Below, piece after piece: positions 20,063 through 29,160 of a stretch of DNA of 64,000 nucleotides; within the stretch, counting starts at the first letter, position 1, and every line of letters begins with the position of its first letter. The position numbers and the translations under genes were made by a program. The notes beneath the pieces are model-generated. The model saw only the letters and a list, made by a program, of their open reading frames with translations. It had not been told where the DNA came from and did not search any database. The stretch is from an uncultured Gammaproteobacteria bacterium (GTDB lineage Bacteria; Pseudomonadota; Gammaproteobacteria; Steroidobacterales; Steroidobacteraceae), in contig CAVPUC010000001.1 in NCBI GenBank assembly GCA_963708865.1, forward strand, positions 149,995 through 213,994, in the 5' to 3' direction.

Positions 20063-20247
20063 CGTTTAAGCGGCCGTGCTGAGAGCAGATTCTTGACCCA
20101 AAGCCGTACGCTCGCGGCCGCGGCCGCAGCAACGGGCTGCTGCGGGCGTGCGCAGGGATCGGCCAGATCGCGATACACTGAAACAGCTTGCTTTCGGCGC
20201 TTGGCGCCGCGAAATTACTGGTCGCTATTTTGTGCGGGGATAGCCCG

Positions 20248-20724
20248 ATGCGTGTGATTGATTCGAAAGTCGTCAATGTCGACGATTTGAAGCTTGAGCA
20301 TTTCGCGAAGGGCGATAGGTTCGAATGCAGCGCCATGCGCATAGGACCGCTGCTCGGGGCGAAAGACCTCGGCTATTCCTACGACGTGGTCCCGCCCGGA
20401 AAGCGCTCGTGCCCCTTTCACAGTCATCGCGGCGAAGAGGAGATGTTCTTTATCGTGAAAGGAAATGGAACATTGCGCTACGGCGATGAGACAAGGAAAA
20501 TTCGCACTGGTGATGTGATCTGTTGTCCGACCGGTGGACCGGAAACGGCGCACCAGATCGTCAATGACTCGGACGCGGAATTGGCCTACCTGTCGGTTAG
20601 TACCAAATTACCCGCGGAAGTCTGCGAATACCCTGATTCCAAGAAAATCGGCGCTTTCGCGGACGGCCTGCGCCACATGACAAGCGCGGGCCACGATCTG
20701 GACTACTGGCTGGACGAGGTATGA
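20248..20724 (+). CDS. Cupin-domain protein
   Basis: Start set at ATG 20248 (MRVIDSKVV...). Cupin motifs are present (PFHSHRGEEEMFFIVKG ... GDVICCPTGGPETAHQIVN). Visibly lower GC than the flanking genes. Confidence 0.75.
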   Translation: MRVIDSKVVNVDDLKLEHFAKGDRFECSAMRIGPLLGAKDLGYSYDVVPPGKRSCPFHSHRGEEEMFFIVKGNGTLRYGDETRKIRTGDVICCPTGGPETAHQIVNDSDAELAYLSVSTKLPAEVCEYPDSKKIGAFADGLRHMTSAGHDLDYWLDEV

Positions 20725-21162
20725 GGATGGCGAATCGAGGGGTTTCCGGCACTTCACGCGGCTCCCCGGAAACGCGGCCGCCGCGCTTGATGCCTGCCGC
20801 AGCCGATAGCGATTCCCACAATTTGTGGAGCGTTGCCGAAATTCCAATGTGGAAGCTGCTGGGCGAGTGATCTTGCTTGGGCTCAACGAAATGGAACTGA
20901 CGCTCACTGCAGCGAAGGCCAGCCACCCCGACGTGTTCCAAATCAATGGTTTTCGCCGACACAAGAACCGAGGTGGCCTCCGAGCTTCGGATTCGCCAAT
21001 TTAAGCCATTCGCCCTCCCGGCGCATCGCATGAAGCTCGACCGCTTTCTCTAGCCGGCAAGGGCGGCCGGCGACTCTAGGTATAATCGGAGGAGACAGGG
21101 CGATCGGGCTAATCTGCAATATTCGCTCGGGCAACGTACACGGAGCATCGAAGAATGAGGTC

Positions 21163-22758
21163 ATGGTCCTGATCCCCAAGCTCGCAGCCGCGGTCGTGGC
21201 CGCCGTTCTGCTGATGTCGAGTGGCGTCGCCGCCGAAGCGGACGCCCCGGCATCGCGCCCGGACGGCAGCACGCCGCTGCAGTGGGCGGTGTTCGAAGGC
21301 AACATCGCCCAGGTGAAGCGCCTGCTCGCGGCGGGTGCCGATCCCAACGCGGTAAACAACTACGGCGTCGATGCGATCCAGCTGGCCGCGGACGCGAGCG
21401 ACACCGGGCTTCTGCGGCTGCTGCTGAAGGCCGGCGCGAATCCGAACTCAGTGAATGCTGACGGGGAGACCCTGCTGCACCTCGTGGCGCGCAGCGGCAA
21501 TCTCGAGGCTGCGAAACTGCTGGTGAATGCCGGCGCGCAGATCGATCCGCGCGAGCGCTTCGGCGGCCAGACCCCCCTGATGTGGGCGACCGCCCGGCGC
21601 CACCCCGACCTGGTGCAGCTCCTCGCCTCAAAAGGAGCGGATGTGAATGCGCGCTCGGCCGTGCGCGACTACCTTCGCGTCGCCACCGCCGAGAGCCGCG
21701 CCAAACAGCTCGACCGGGGTGGCTTTACGCCGCTGATGTACGCGGCGCGCGAGAACTGCCGCGAATGCATACCGATCCTGCTGAAGTACCGCGCCGATGT
21801 GTCACTGCCAGATCCTTCCGGCATGTCGCCGTTGTCGATCGCCTTGATGAACGGCAGCTGGGACATCGCCGCGCGCCTGATCGAAGCGGGCAGCGACGTG
21901 AACCAGTGGGACATCTACGGGCAGGGGCCGCTGAACGTAGCGATCGTGAACCTGACAGTGCGCAACGGCAACCCGCTGGACCAGGATGCGCCGGACCACA
22001 CCACCGCCCGCGATGTGGTGAAGATGCTCGTTGAACGCGGCGCCAATCCGAATCAGCAGCTCTACTACCACGCGGTGGCGCGCACGATCCTTGGCGCTGA
22101 CATCGGTCGTGGCACCACCCCGTTCCTCACTGCCTGCGCCACTGGCGACATCGAGATCGTGAAACTGCTGCTTGCCCATGGCGCCAATCCGAGGCTTGCC
22201 ACCTCTGACGGTCAGGGCCCCATCATCCTCGCGACGACCGCGCGCAGCGGCGGCAGCGGCTTTCCGAATTCACGCATCGCAGGCGTGGCCGCGCCACGGC
22301 GCGAAACGATCGATGACGGCGCAGAAGGCCAGAAAGACGGCAAAGGTCCCCGCGTCAATCCCACGGTCGAACTGATCAGGCTGCTGGCCGCCAGCGGTGC
22401 AGATGTGAATCTCATGTCGAAGCGCCATTTCCTGCAGCGCACGCGCGGCGGCTCGGCACTTCACTACGCCACCCGCGCCGGCAACAAAGAAGCGATGGCG
22501 GCACTGGTCGACTTAGGCATCAACGTCAATGCAAAGGATGAAGACGGTCTGACGGCACTCGACTACGCGATGGGTCGCGGCTATGTGCCGTTCCTGCAAT
22601 TGCCACAGGCCCCGCGCAAGGATCTCGCAGACCTTCTGCGAAGCTGGGGTGCGAACGTGGAACTCGACAAGACGCCAGATTGGCGGCCGCAGGGCGCTGC
22701 CGTCGGCACTGCCGTCTACGACGCTGTCATCTGGCCTGTGGATCCGGTTGGGCCCTGA
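21163..22758 (+). CDS. Secreted ankyrin-repeat protein
   Basis: 531 aa with a signal peptide (AAVVAAVLLMSSGVAAEA). Many ANK repeats are visible (G.TPL..A...G....V..LL..GA..N), e.g. DGSTPLQWAVFEGNIAQVKRLLAAGADPN and DGETLLHLVARSGNLEAAKLLVNAGAQ. Confidence 0.85.
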   Translation: MVLIPKLAAAVVAAVLLMSSGVAAEADAPASRPDGSTPLQWAVFEGNIAQVKRLLAAGADPNAVNNYGVDAIQLAADASDTGLLRLLLKAGANPNSVNADGETLLHLVARSGNLEAAKLLVNAGAQIDPRERFGGQTPLMWATARRHPDLVQLLASKGADVNARSAVRDYLRVATAESRAKQLDRGGFTPLMYAARENCRECIPILLKYRADVSLPDPSGMSPLSIALMNGSWDIAARLIEAGSDVNQWDIYGQGPLNVAIVNLTVRNGNPLDQDAPDHTTARDVVKMLVERGANPNQQLYYHAVARTILGADIGRGTTPFLTACATGDIEIVKLLLAHGANPRLATSDGQGPIILATTARSGGSGFPNSRIAGVAAPRRETIDDGAEGQKDGKGPRVNPTVELIRLLAASGADVNLMSKRHFLQRTRGGSALHYATRAGNKEAMAALVDLGINVNAKDEDGLTALDYAMGRGYVPFLQLPQAPRKDLADLLRSWGANVELDKTPDWRPQGAAVGTAVYDAVIWPVDPVGP

Positions 22759-22799
22759 TCCGCAAGGCCGCCGTTTCAGAACCAAACAGGATCCTCTTT

Positions 22800-23586
22800 A
22801 TGGCCACGGCAATATTTCACCTGGATGCGTTCACCAACCGCCGCTTTGCGGGCAACCCTGCAGCTGTGATGCCGATGGATAGCTTTCCCAGCGACGCCGT
22901 CTTGCAGGCCATCGCGGGGGAGAACAACCTGGCGGAAACGGCCTTCCTGGTTCGCAAGGGCGAGGACTATCTGCTTCGCTGGTTTACGCCGACCACCGAG
23001 GTACCGCTTTGTGGCCATGCCACGCTGGCGAGTGCAGTCGTGGTGATGGAGCGGCTGGAGCCGGACCGACGCCGTGTGGTCTTTCATTCGGCCAGCGGCC
23101 CCTTGACGGTGAATCGATCAGGCGCCGGCTATGTCATGGATTTTCCGGCAAGATTTTGCACGCCGGTACCGACGCCGCCGCAATTATCCGCGGCGCTGGG
23201 AGTCGCGCCCGTCGAGGTGGTGGCGGATCCCTTCAATTATCTCGTCTTACTGGACAGCGCGCAGATTGTGCGGGCAACTTGCTCCCGATATCGCAGCCAT
23301 TGCCCGCATGGACCGAAGCGGCATCATCGTCACAGCGGCGGGCGATGGCAACTACGATTTTGTCAGTCGCTACTTCGCGCCGGCGAAGGGTATTCCCGAG
23401 GATCCCGTGACCGGCTCGGCGCACTGCGCACTGGCGCCCTATTGGGCGATCCGATTGAACAAGCGAGACTTTCGGGCGTATCAAGCTTCGCAGCGCGGCG
23501 GAGAAATCCTTTGTCGGCTTCGGAGTGATCGCGTGGAGCTGGAAGGGACGGCTGTTTTCTATCTTCAAGGCGAGGTCGAGATCTGA
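22800..23586 (+). pseudogene. PhzF-family isomerase, reading frame broken by one extra nucleotide near 23277
   Basis: The frame-3 part (MATAIFHLDAFTNRRFAGNPAAV...DSAQIVRA) continues in frame 1 (LAPDIAAIARMDRSGIIVTAAGDGNYDFVSRYFAPAKGIPEDPVTGSAHCALAPYW...) once nt 23277 is skipped. Confidence 0.85.
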
Positions 23587-23627
23587 CCGCCGCTCGCCGG
23601 CCAGGAAGGGTCCGGAAAACCTCGTCC

Positions 23628-23921
23628 TTACACCCGTGCGGGCCGCTTCCCGCTCAGCAGCGCCCGGTAGAGCCCAATCACGATCCCTATCAGGGCGAAG
23701 CCCGCCAACAGGTAGCACGCTGCAAGGAGGATCCCAGGCCGCTTGAAGAGGCCAGCGTGCCAGCCAGCGACCCAGACCGGGGTTAGGAAGCAGGCACCGA
23801 GCACGACCCATGCCGCCTTGCGCTGCGAATCAGATGGTTGTACCGGCTCCGCGGGCCGTTGCTGCTGTCGGCGCAGGGCCAGAATCTCTCGTTCTGGAAA
23901 GAAGCCCTCTACCTGATCCAT
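23628..23921 (-). CDS. Small membrane protein, unknown function
   Basis: ATG at 23921 (MDQVEGFFPERE...). Two predicted TM helices (AAWVVLGACFLTPVWVAGW, ILLAACYLLAGFALIGIVIGLY). The start is uncertain because the ORF extends upstream to 24191. Confidence 0.4.
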   Translation of the reverse strand: MDQVEGFFPEREILALRRQQQRPAEPVQPSDSQRKAAWVVLGACFLTPVWVAGWHAGLFKRPGILLAACYLLAGFALIGIVIGLYRALLSGKRPARV

Positions 23922-24073
23922 CTCAACCCTCACGCCCGGACCGGCATGGTCAGAGTATTCCAGAGCGGCGCTCCCGTCCGCAACTCGTGCGCGTGCCGCG
24001 TTCTCTCGCCCGAAATCCACGCGTACGTTTGTCAAACTGCGGCCCCTCCAGCGCGATGATTTCGATCGGTCCG

Positions 24074-24818
24074 CTACATCTTCATCTTTTGAACGTCGGT
24101 GTTGGATTCCATCTGCATCTCCATGCCGCCCCATGCATCCTTGGCATCGGGATAGACGTGAGTCATCCAGCCAAAGACCACCGGAATCCACAAACCGTGC
24201 GCGGCCCTGCAGGCCTCTTCAGTTTGAATGCTGCCCCGTGGCCCGAATAGCGCGTCCGGCCCGAACTGCTGGTTGCGTGGCAAGGAGCGTGGGCCGCCGC
24301 AGAAATCCACATGACGATGCCAAGGCGCGATGCTCAGTGGCGCAATCTCATCCAGCCGCTCTGGCGTTGAGGATTGGGGCGCCGTGTACATCACACCGAC
24401 AGCCCGCATGCCATCGCGCGTGCGCCGGTAGAGTATCGATCCAGGTTTCCGGTAATCGACGCTCTGCTGCTCGCGTCGGGCAAACCGGTAGTTCGTGTAA
24501 TGGACTTCCTCGCCCATCCGCCCCGTCGGATAAAACGGCCGATAGCCATCGCGCAGCGCCAGGTTCACATCCGCGTAGTGCGCCAGGACTTCGCGCGCCG
24601 CGACCACGATCTGCCGGGCGCGCTGCTCGTCACTCGGCCTGTGGCTTGCCCTTCAAGGACATCTGCATGTGACTGCCCATCTTCATGGAGGGCACCGGCG
24701 TCTCATCCGTCTTGCCGCCGTAGTGGCTCAGCAGCTGCTCCCACAGCGGAAACTCCTGCGCCATCGCCACCGCGACGCAGCCGCAAAGTACCAGTGCCAG
24801 CATAATGATCTTGACCAT
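24074..24818 (-). pseudogene. Secreted Met-rich protein of unknown function, reading frame broken near 24638
   Basis: ORF 24630..24851 (signal peptide MVKIIMLALVLCGCVAVAMA ... SMKMGSHMQMSLKGKPQ) continues as PSDEQRARQIVVAAREVLAHYADV... in ORF 24074..24607 once one nt is skipped. MxM motifs occur at both ends (GGMEMQMESNTDVQKMKM at the C-terminus). Confidence 0.6.
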
Positions 24819-24911
24819 GGCGTTTACCCTCTGACTCGCGGCTTGCGACACCTACTCAGGTACAGCACACGGATCGGCGCGAGAAGTTACAGCAATGGCG
24901 GAACCTTCGCT

Positions 24912-25319
24912 TCAACGGCGCGGTTCGATCATCTTCCAGCCGTTTCCGGAAGGGTCGCGGAAGCCGGCGTCCACCGTGCCAAAGCGGGCCGTGGGCTCCT
25001 GCGTGAACTCCACGCCGCTCACGCGCAGCCGGTCATAGGCGGCGCGGCAGTCATCTACCGCCAGCACCAGCGGCGGCATCGCGCCCTTGGCCACGATGGC
25101 TCGCAGCGTCTGGGCCGTCGCCTCATCGTGCACCGGGGGTCCCGGCGCGAACAGGCCCAGCTGGAACGACGGCTGGTCCGGATGCTGCACCGTGAGCCAG
25201 CGATAATCGCCGTTGCGCACGTCGGTGTGGACGCGAAACCCGAGCTTGTCGACGTAGAAGGCGAGCGCTTCGTCCTGATCTCGAACATATAGACCGACCA
25301 TTTCGACACCTTGGCTCAT
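24912..25319 (-). CDS. VOC-family protein (glyoxalase/bleomycin-resistance fold)
   Basis: 135 aa. Its paired beta-alpha-beta-beta-beta module pattern (VGLYVRDQDEALAFYVDKLGF ... FRDPSGNGWKMIE) is typical of the family. Confidence 0.8.
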   Translation of the reverse strand: MSQGVEMVGLYVRDQDEALAFYVDKLGFRVHTDVRNGDYRWLTVQHPDQPSFQLGLFAPGPPVHDEATAQTLRAIVAKGAMPPLVLAVDDCRAAYDRLRVSGVEFTQEPTARFGTVDAGFRDPSGNGWKMIEPRR

Positions 25320-25328
25320 GGGATCTCC

Positions 25329-25793
25329 TTATTTGCCAGGTGCGTTTATACCGCCCGCCAGCCGGCGTCGCTTCTCCAAAACTGCGATCGTGAGATTGGG
25401 CCGTTGCGCGGCGCTGAGGACGCAGGCCGGCACGCGGCCAAGCTGGCGTGCCGTGGCCCGGCCGCGCCTGCGGATCGCGCCCGGGCTTGCGCCGGTCACG
25501 TCGCGCAAGGTCCGCCCGAACGTGCCCAGGCTCGCCCAGCCCGCGCGGAAGGCGATCTCGGTGATGGGCAGGTCGCTGTCACGCAGCAGCGCCGTGGCCC
25601 GCTCGATGCGTCGCGTGAGCAGGTAGCGGTGCGGCGGCAGACCAAATGCCGACTTGAACGATCGCGCGAAGTGAGCCTCCGAGACGCCACTGACGCGCGC
25701 CAGGCGCCGGATGGGCCAGTCCTCGTGCGAGCGCACGTCCATCCGGTCCTTGGCGCGCAGCAGACGCCGCAGCAGCGCAGGGTCCTCGATCAT
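25329..25793 (-). CDS. AraC-family transcriptional regulator (HTH domain only)
   Basis: Start set at ATG 25793 (MIEDPALLRRLL...). Dual HTH signature: RRLARVSGVSEAHFARSFKSAFGLPPHRYLLTRRIERA and ITEIAFRAGWASLGTFGRTLRDVTG. Confidence 0.8.
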   Translation of the reverse strand: MIEDPALLRRLLRAKDRMDVRSHEDWPIRRLARVSGVSEAHFARSFKSAFGLPPHRYLLTRRIERATALLRDSDLPITEIAFRAGWASLGTFGRTLRDVTGASPGAIRRRGRATARQLGRVPACVLSAAQRPNLTIAVLEKRRRLAGGINAPGK

Positions 25794-25803
25794 GCGCGGG
25801 GCC

Positions 25804-26706
25804 TCAACCCTTCTTCTTGTGTGCATCAAAGAAGTCGAAGATCTGCTTGATGACCTGAGGCTGGGCCCACGCATCGATGTGGGTACCGCCAATCACGGGC
25901 AGCCAGGTGACGTCGACACCTTTTGCCCTGGCGTGATCGACCATTGCCTTGCTGGCATCGAACGCCATGACGGTGTCCTTGTCCCCATGAATCACGAGCA
26001 CCGGAACTTTCCTGAGCCTTGCGTACGGAAAGTTCGCATCCTCAAGCGGAGCATCGCTTGGCGAAATGGCAGTCCAGCGGTGCGGATACTGGACCGCGTA
26101 CGCCCACACGGCGCTGCCGCCGGATGAATTGCCCATGAGGTAGAGGCGCTGCGGGTCGGTCTTGTATTCCTTTGCCACCAGGTCCGTGACGAACAATACG
26201 TCCTCTTCGGCGCGCGCGAAATCCTGCGCCGTGGGCGGCGCCACGGCGGGCTGGGAGCCCGCGCCGGCGGTGCGACCCGCGCCATTGGTCGGCGCGGCGG
26301 CCGGCAGCGTCACCATCTTGTACGGCACGTTCCAGCCGCCGACGCCGGTCGCGTTGGCGTGATAGCCGGTGACCGCGGCAACGATGTAGCCGCGCTCCTC
26401 GGCCATTCTCGCCAGGGTGGGATTGGCAATCGGCCGACGAAAGGGTGCCGTCGGGGGCTGGGCGGCGCCGTGGGTGACGATCACCAGCGGCAGTTTCAGG
26501 GACGCGGTCCACGTCCTCGGCACGTAGAGGTGATAGGCGATGGTTTCACCGGTACCCGGAAACGAGTAGCTGCGCTCCTGCTCGCCGGTCATCTGGTACT
26601 GCGGGCTTTTCGGATCGGGCGCAGGTGCTGTCTGAGCAGCGGCGGCGACCACCATGGCGGATGCACTGAGCAGCGCGCAGCAGTAAACAGCGAGTGACGC
26701 TTTCAT
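25804..26706 (-). CDS. Secreted alpha/beta-hydrolase (carboxylesterase / PHB-depolymerase-like)
   Basis: Start set at ATG 26706 (MKASLAVYCCALLSASAMVVAAAA signal peptide). Nucleophile elbow GNSSGG, and later VLVIHGDKD and GGTH motifs. Confidence 0.75.
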   Translation of the reverse strand: MKASLAVYCCALLSASAMVVAAAAQTAPAPDPKSPQYQMTGEQERSYSFPGTGETIAYHLYVPRTWTASLKLPLVIVTHGAAQPPTAPFRRPIANPTLARMAEERGYIVAAVTGYHANATGVGGWNVPYKMVTLPAAAPTNGAGRTAGAGSQPAVAPPTAQDFARAEEDVLFVTDLVAKEYKTDPQRLYLMGNSSGGSAVWAYAVQYPHRWTAISPSDAPLEDANFPYARLRKVPVLVIHGDKDTVMAFDASKAMVDHARAKGVDVTWLPVIGGTHIDAWAQPQVIKQIFDFFDAHKKKG

Positions 26707-26728
26707 ACCCCCCCTACCGATGCGTTCT

Positions 26729-26971
26729 TCAGGCGTTGAGGTCCACGACGCAGACCCCGCCATTGACCGGTGAGTTCTCACCCTCCGGTACCAGGATCTC
26801 GAGCAACTTGCCGTTACCGGGTGCCAGGACTTCCTGGGTAACCTTTTCGGTCTCGATCTCGTACAACGCCTCATCCTTGGCGAAAGTATCGCCCACCTGC
26901 TTGTGCCACTTCGCGATGGTGGCCTCCTGCATGTTCATGCCGACCCGGTTCAACTTCAAAGTAATCTTCAT
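26729..26971 (-). CDS. Stand-alone biotinyl/lipoyl-attachment domain protein
   Basis: 80 aa with a single lipoyl-type domain. The attachment lysine sits in YEIETEKVTQEV. There is no E2 catalytic or subunit-binding domain. The gene lies directly downstream of the E1 beta gene. Confidence 0.8.
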   Translation of the reverse strand: MKITLKLNRVGMNMQEATIAKWHKQVGDTFAKDEALYEIETEKVTQEVLAPGNGKLLEILVPEGENSPVNGGVCVVDLNA

Positions 26972-26993
26972 GATGGCTCTTTCGTGCGCTCTG

Positions 26994-27977
26994 TCAGGCG
27001 GCAGCGGCCCGGCCGGTCAGCTCACGGCAGGTGCGGGCAATCGTCTCGGCATTCGGGATGACCCGCGCCTCGGCATTCGGCGCATACGGAATGCACACAT
27101 TGGGTACCGCGACGCGTTTGACGGGCGCCTTGAGCAACCCGAAGCCCCGATCCGCCACCATCGCCGCAATTTCACTGGCCGCGCTGCAGCGCTCGCGCGC
27201 TTCGTCGCAGATCACCAGGTGTCCGGTCTTCCGCAAGGAGGCGAGCACCGCGGCGTCATCGAACGGCACGAGCGTGCGCGGATCGATCACCTCGGCATCG
27301 ACCCCGGCGGCCGCCAGCTCTTTGGCAGCCTGCAGTGCGGGCTTGAGCATCGAGCCGATGGCCACAATCGTCAGATCCTTGCCGGCGCGCGCGATGTGCG
27401 CCTTGCCGAACGGCACCAGGTGTTCGCCGTCGGGCACCTCGCCCTGTTCACCGCCGCGCCCTCCGGCCTCCATGAAGAACGACGGATTGTTGCCGCGAAT
27501 GGCGGTTTTCAATAGACCCTTGGCATCACCCGGCGTCGCGGGCGTCAGGACGTTGATACCGCCCAGGTTCATCAGGGGCGGATAAGCCGTGTCGGAATGT
27601 TGGGCTGCGTTGGATCCGCCGCCGCCGTAGCTGGCGATCACCGTGATGGGCAGCTTCGCCTGACCACCCGACATCAGGCGCATCTTCGCCATCTGGTTGC
27701 CGATCGCATCCATGCCGGTATAAATGAAATTCGAGAACATCAGGTGCAGGATCACCCGGTGTCCCGCTGCGGCGGCGCCCACGGCCATGCCGGTGAGCGA
27801 CTGCTCGCTGATGGGCGTGTTGCGGATGCGGTTGCGGCCAAAGCGCTCGGTCAGGCCCCGGCAGTCACCCATGATCGCAAGTTCCACATCCTCGCCGAAC
27901 AGGATCACCTTCGGATCACGTTCCATTTCCTCGAACAGCGCTTCGTTGATTGCCTGGATATAGCGTTTCTTAGCCAT
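26994..27977 (-). CDS. Alpha-ketoacid/acetoin dehydrogenase E1 component, beta subunit (AcoB-like)
   Basis: 327 aa with a transketolase-like pyrimidine-binding domain and C-terminal domain (FGEDVELAIMGDCRGLTERFG, NTPISEQSLTGMAVGAA). Confidence 0.85.
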   Translation of the reverse strand: MAKKRYIQAINEALFEEMERDPKVILFGEDVELAIMGDCRGLTERFGRNRIRNTPISEQSLTGMAVGAAAAGHRVILHLMFSNFIYTGMDAIGNQMAKMRLMSGGQAKLPITVIASYGGGGSNAAQHSDTAYPPLMNLGGINVLTPATPGDAKGLLKTAIRGNNPSFFMEAGGRGGEQGEVPDGEHLVPFGKAHIARAGKDLTIVAIGSMLKPALQAAKELAAAGVDAEVIDPRTLVPFDDAAVLASLRKTGHLVICDEARERCSAASEIAAMVADRGFGLLKAPVKRVAVPNVCIPYAPNAEARVIPNAETIARTCRELTGRAAAA

Positions 27978-27991
27978 GTCTGATACTTCCT

Positions 27992-28990
27992 CTAAGGTCT
28001 CTGGCCGTCGAACATGAGCGAGAACACCAGCTCCGCATCGGCTGGCGGGCTCTCCACGGCGAAGCGCACGGCCGCATCCACCTTGGCCATCACGCGCTTC
28101 TCAATCTCTTCCAGTTGCGCAATGGCCGCGGGGCCGCCGGCCTCCAGCTGCTGGCGCGTGAACTCAATCGGTCCGCGCTTCTTCCAACTCTCGATTTCTT
28201 CGGGTTCGCGGTAACGCTGGCCACCCAGGAACAGATCCTCGGCCTCGAGGTGTCCCTGGATGCGATAGGTATGTGCCTCGATGAAGCTCGGGCCACCGCC
28301 GCTGCGCGCGCGTGCCACGGCCGTTTTCGCGGCCTTGTAGACGGCGGTGACATCATTGCCATCGATCACTTCGGTCGGAATGGCGAAGGCGCGGGCGCGG
28401 TCGGCGATGTTGCCGGCGGTGACGGTCTTGGCCGGGCTGAATTCGCTGAAGGTATTGTTCTCGCACACGAACACCAGCGGCAGCTGCCACAGGGCAGCGA
28501 TATTCAGACACTCCATCAGCGTGCCCTGATTGGACGATCCGTCGCCAAAGAAATCGACGACGATGCGCCCTTCCTGCGCCAGCATGGCCGAATACGCAGC
28601 GCCGGTGGCGATGGCAAAACCCGCACCGACGATACCGTTGGCGCCGAGAATGCCCTTGGAGAAATCCGCCACATGCATCGAGCCCCCCATCCCCTTGCAG
28701 ATCCCGGTGCTCTTCGCCCAGATCTCCGCCAGCATGGCATTCAGATCGCCGCCCTTGGCGAGGTAATGACCATGGCCCCGATGGGTGCTGGTGATCATGT
28801 CGGATTCGCGCAGAGTCGCACACACCCCCGTGGCGATCGCCTCCTCGCCGATGTAGAGATGCACCGCGCCCGGCAGGTTCCCCGCCTTGTTCTCATCGCG
28901 CAGTCGCTCTTCGGTGCGTCGAATGAGCAGCATCTGCTCATACAGACGCATCAGCTCCTGATGCGAAACAACCGTTTCCGTCCCAGCCAT
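27992..28990 (-). CDS. TPP-dependent dehydrogenase E1 component, alpha subunit (AcoA-like)
   Basis: Start set at ATG 28990 (MAGTETVVSHQELMRLYEQMLLIRRTEE). TPP motif GDGSSNQG...ENN, and STHRGHGHYLAKG and KGMGGSMH motifs of the acetoin/pyruvate E1 alpha type. Confidence 0.85.
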   Translation of the reverse strand: MAGTETVVSHQELMRLYEQMLLIRRTEERLRDENKAGNLPGAVHLYIGEEAIATGVCATLRESDMITSTHRGHGHYLAKGGDLNAMLAEIWAKSTGICKGMGGSMHVADFSKGILGANGIVGAGFAIATGAAYSAMLAQEGRIVVDFFGDGSSNQGTLMECLNIAALWQLPLVFVCENNTFSEFSPAKTVTAGNIADRARAFAIPTEVIDGNDVTAVYKAAKTAVARARSGGGPSFIEAHTYRIQGHLEAEDLFLGGQRYREPEEIESWKKRGPIEFTRQQLEAGGPAAIAQLEEIEKRVMAKVDAAVRFAVESPPADAELVFSLMFDGQRP

Positions 28991-29160
28991 GGGCAAATCC
29001 CTCCGCAATAGTGGGGAGGAGTTTATGCCAAGTGCCGTCCGAAAGTGCGGCGCGGCGCGGCGGGCGCCCAAAGCACCTGATTTTCTTGGGGTCCGGCCCG
29101 GCAAGGCCCGGCGGCGCGCCGGGGCCGCGATGGGATCCTGGGGTCGCCCGCGGCGCTACC

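Noticed and set aside
20725-21162. Degraded HigB/RelE-like toxin gene in the cupin-ankyrin gap
   Set aside because: The resemblance is limited to a few residues spread over two overlapping frames, and the motif spacing does not match the family. I kept it only as a low-priority note in the findings.
25804-26971. Lipoyl-domain gene plus the following alpha/beta hydrolase as a split AcoC-type E2
   Set aside because: The hydrolase has a clear N-terminal secretion signal and esterase-type motifs (GNSSGG, HGDKD) rather than AcoC-like ones. It would therefore be in a different compartment from the cytoplasmic E1.
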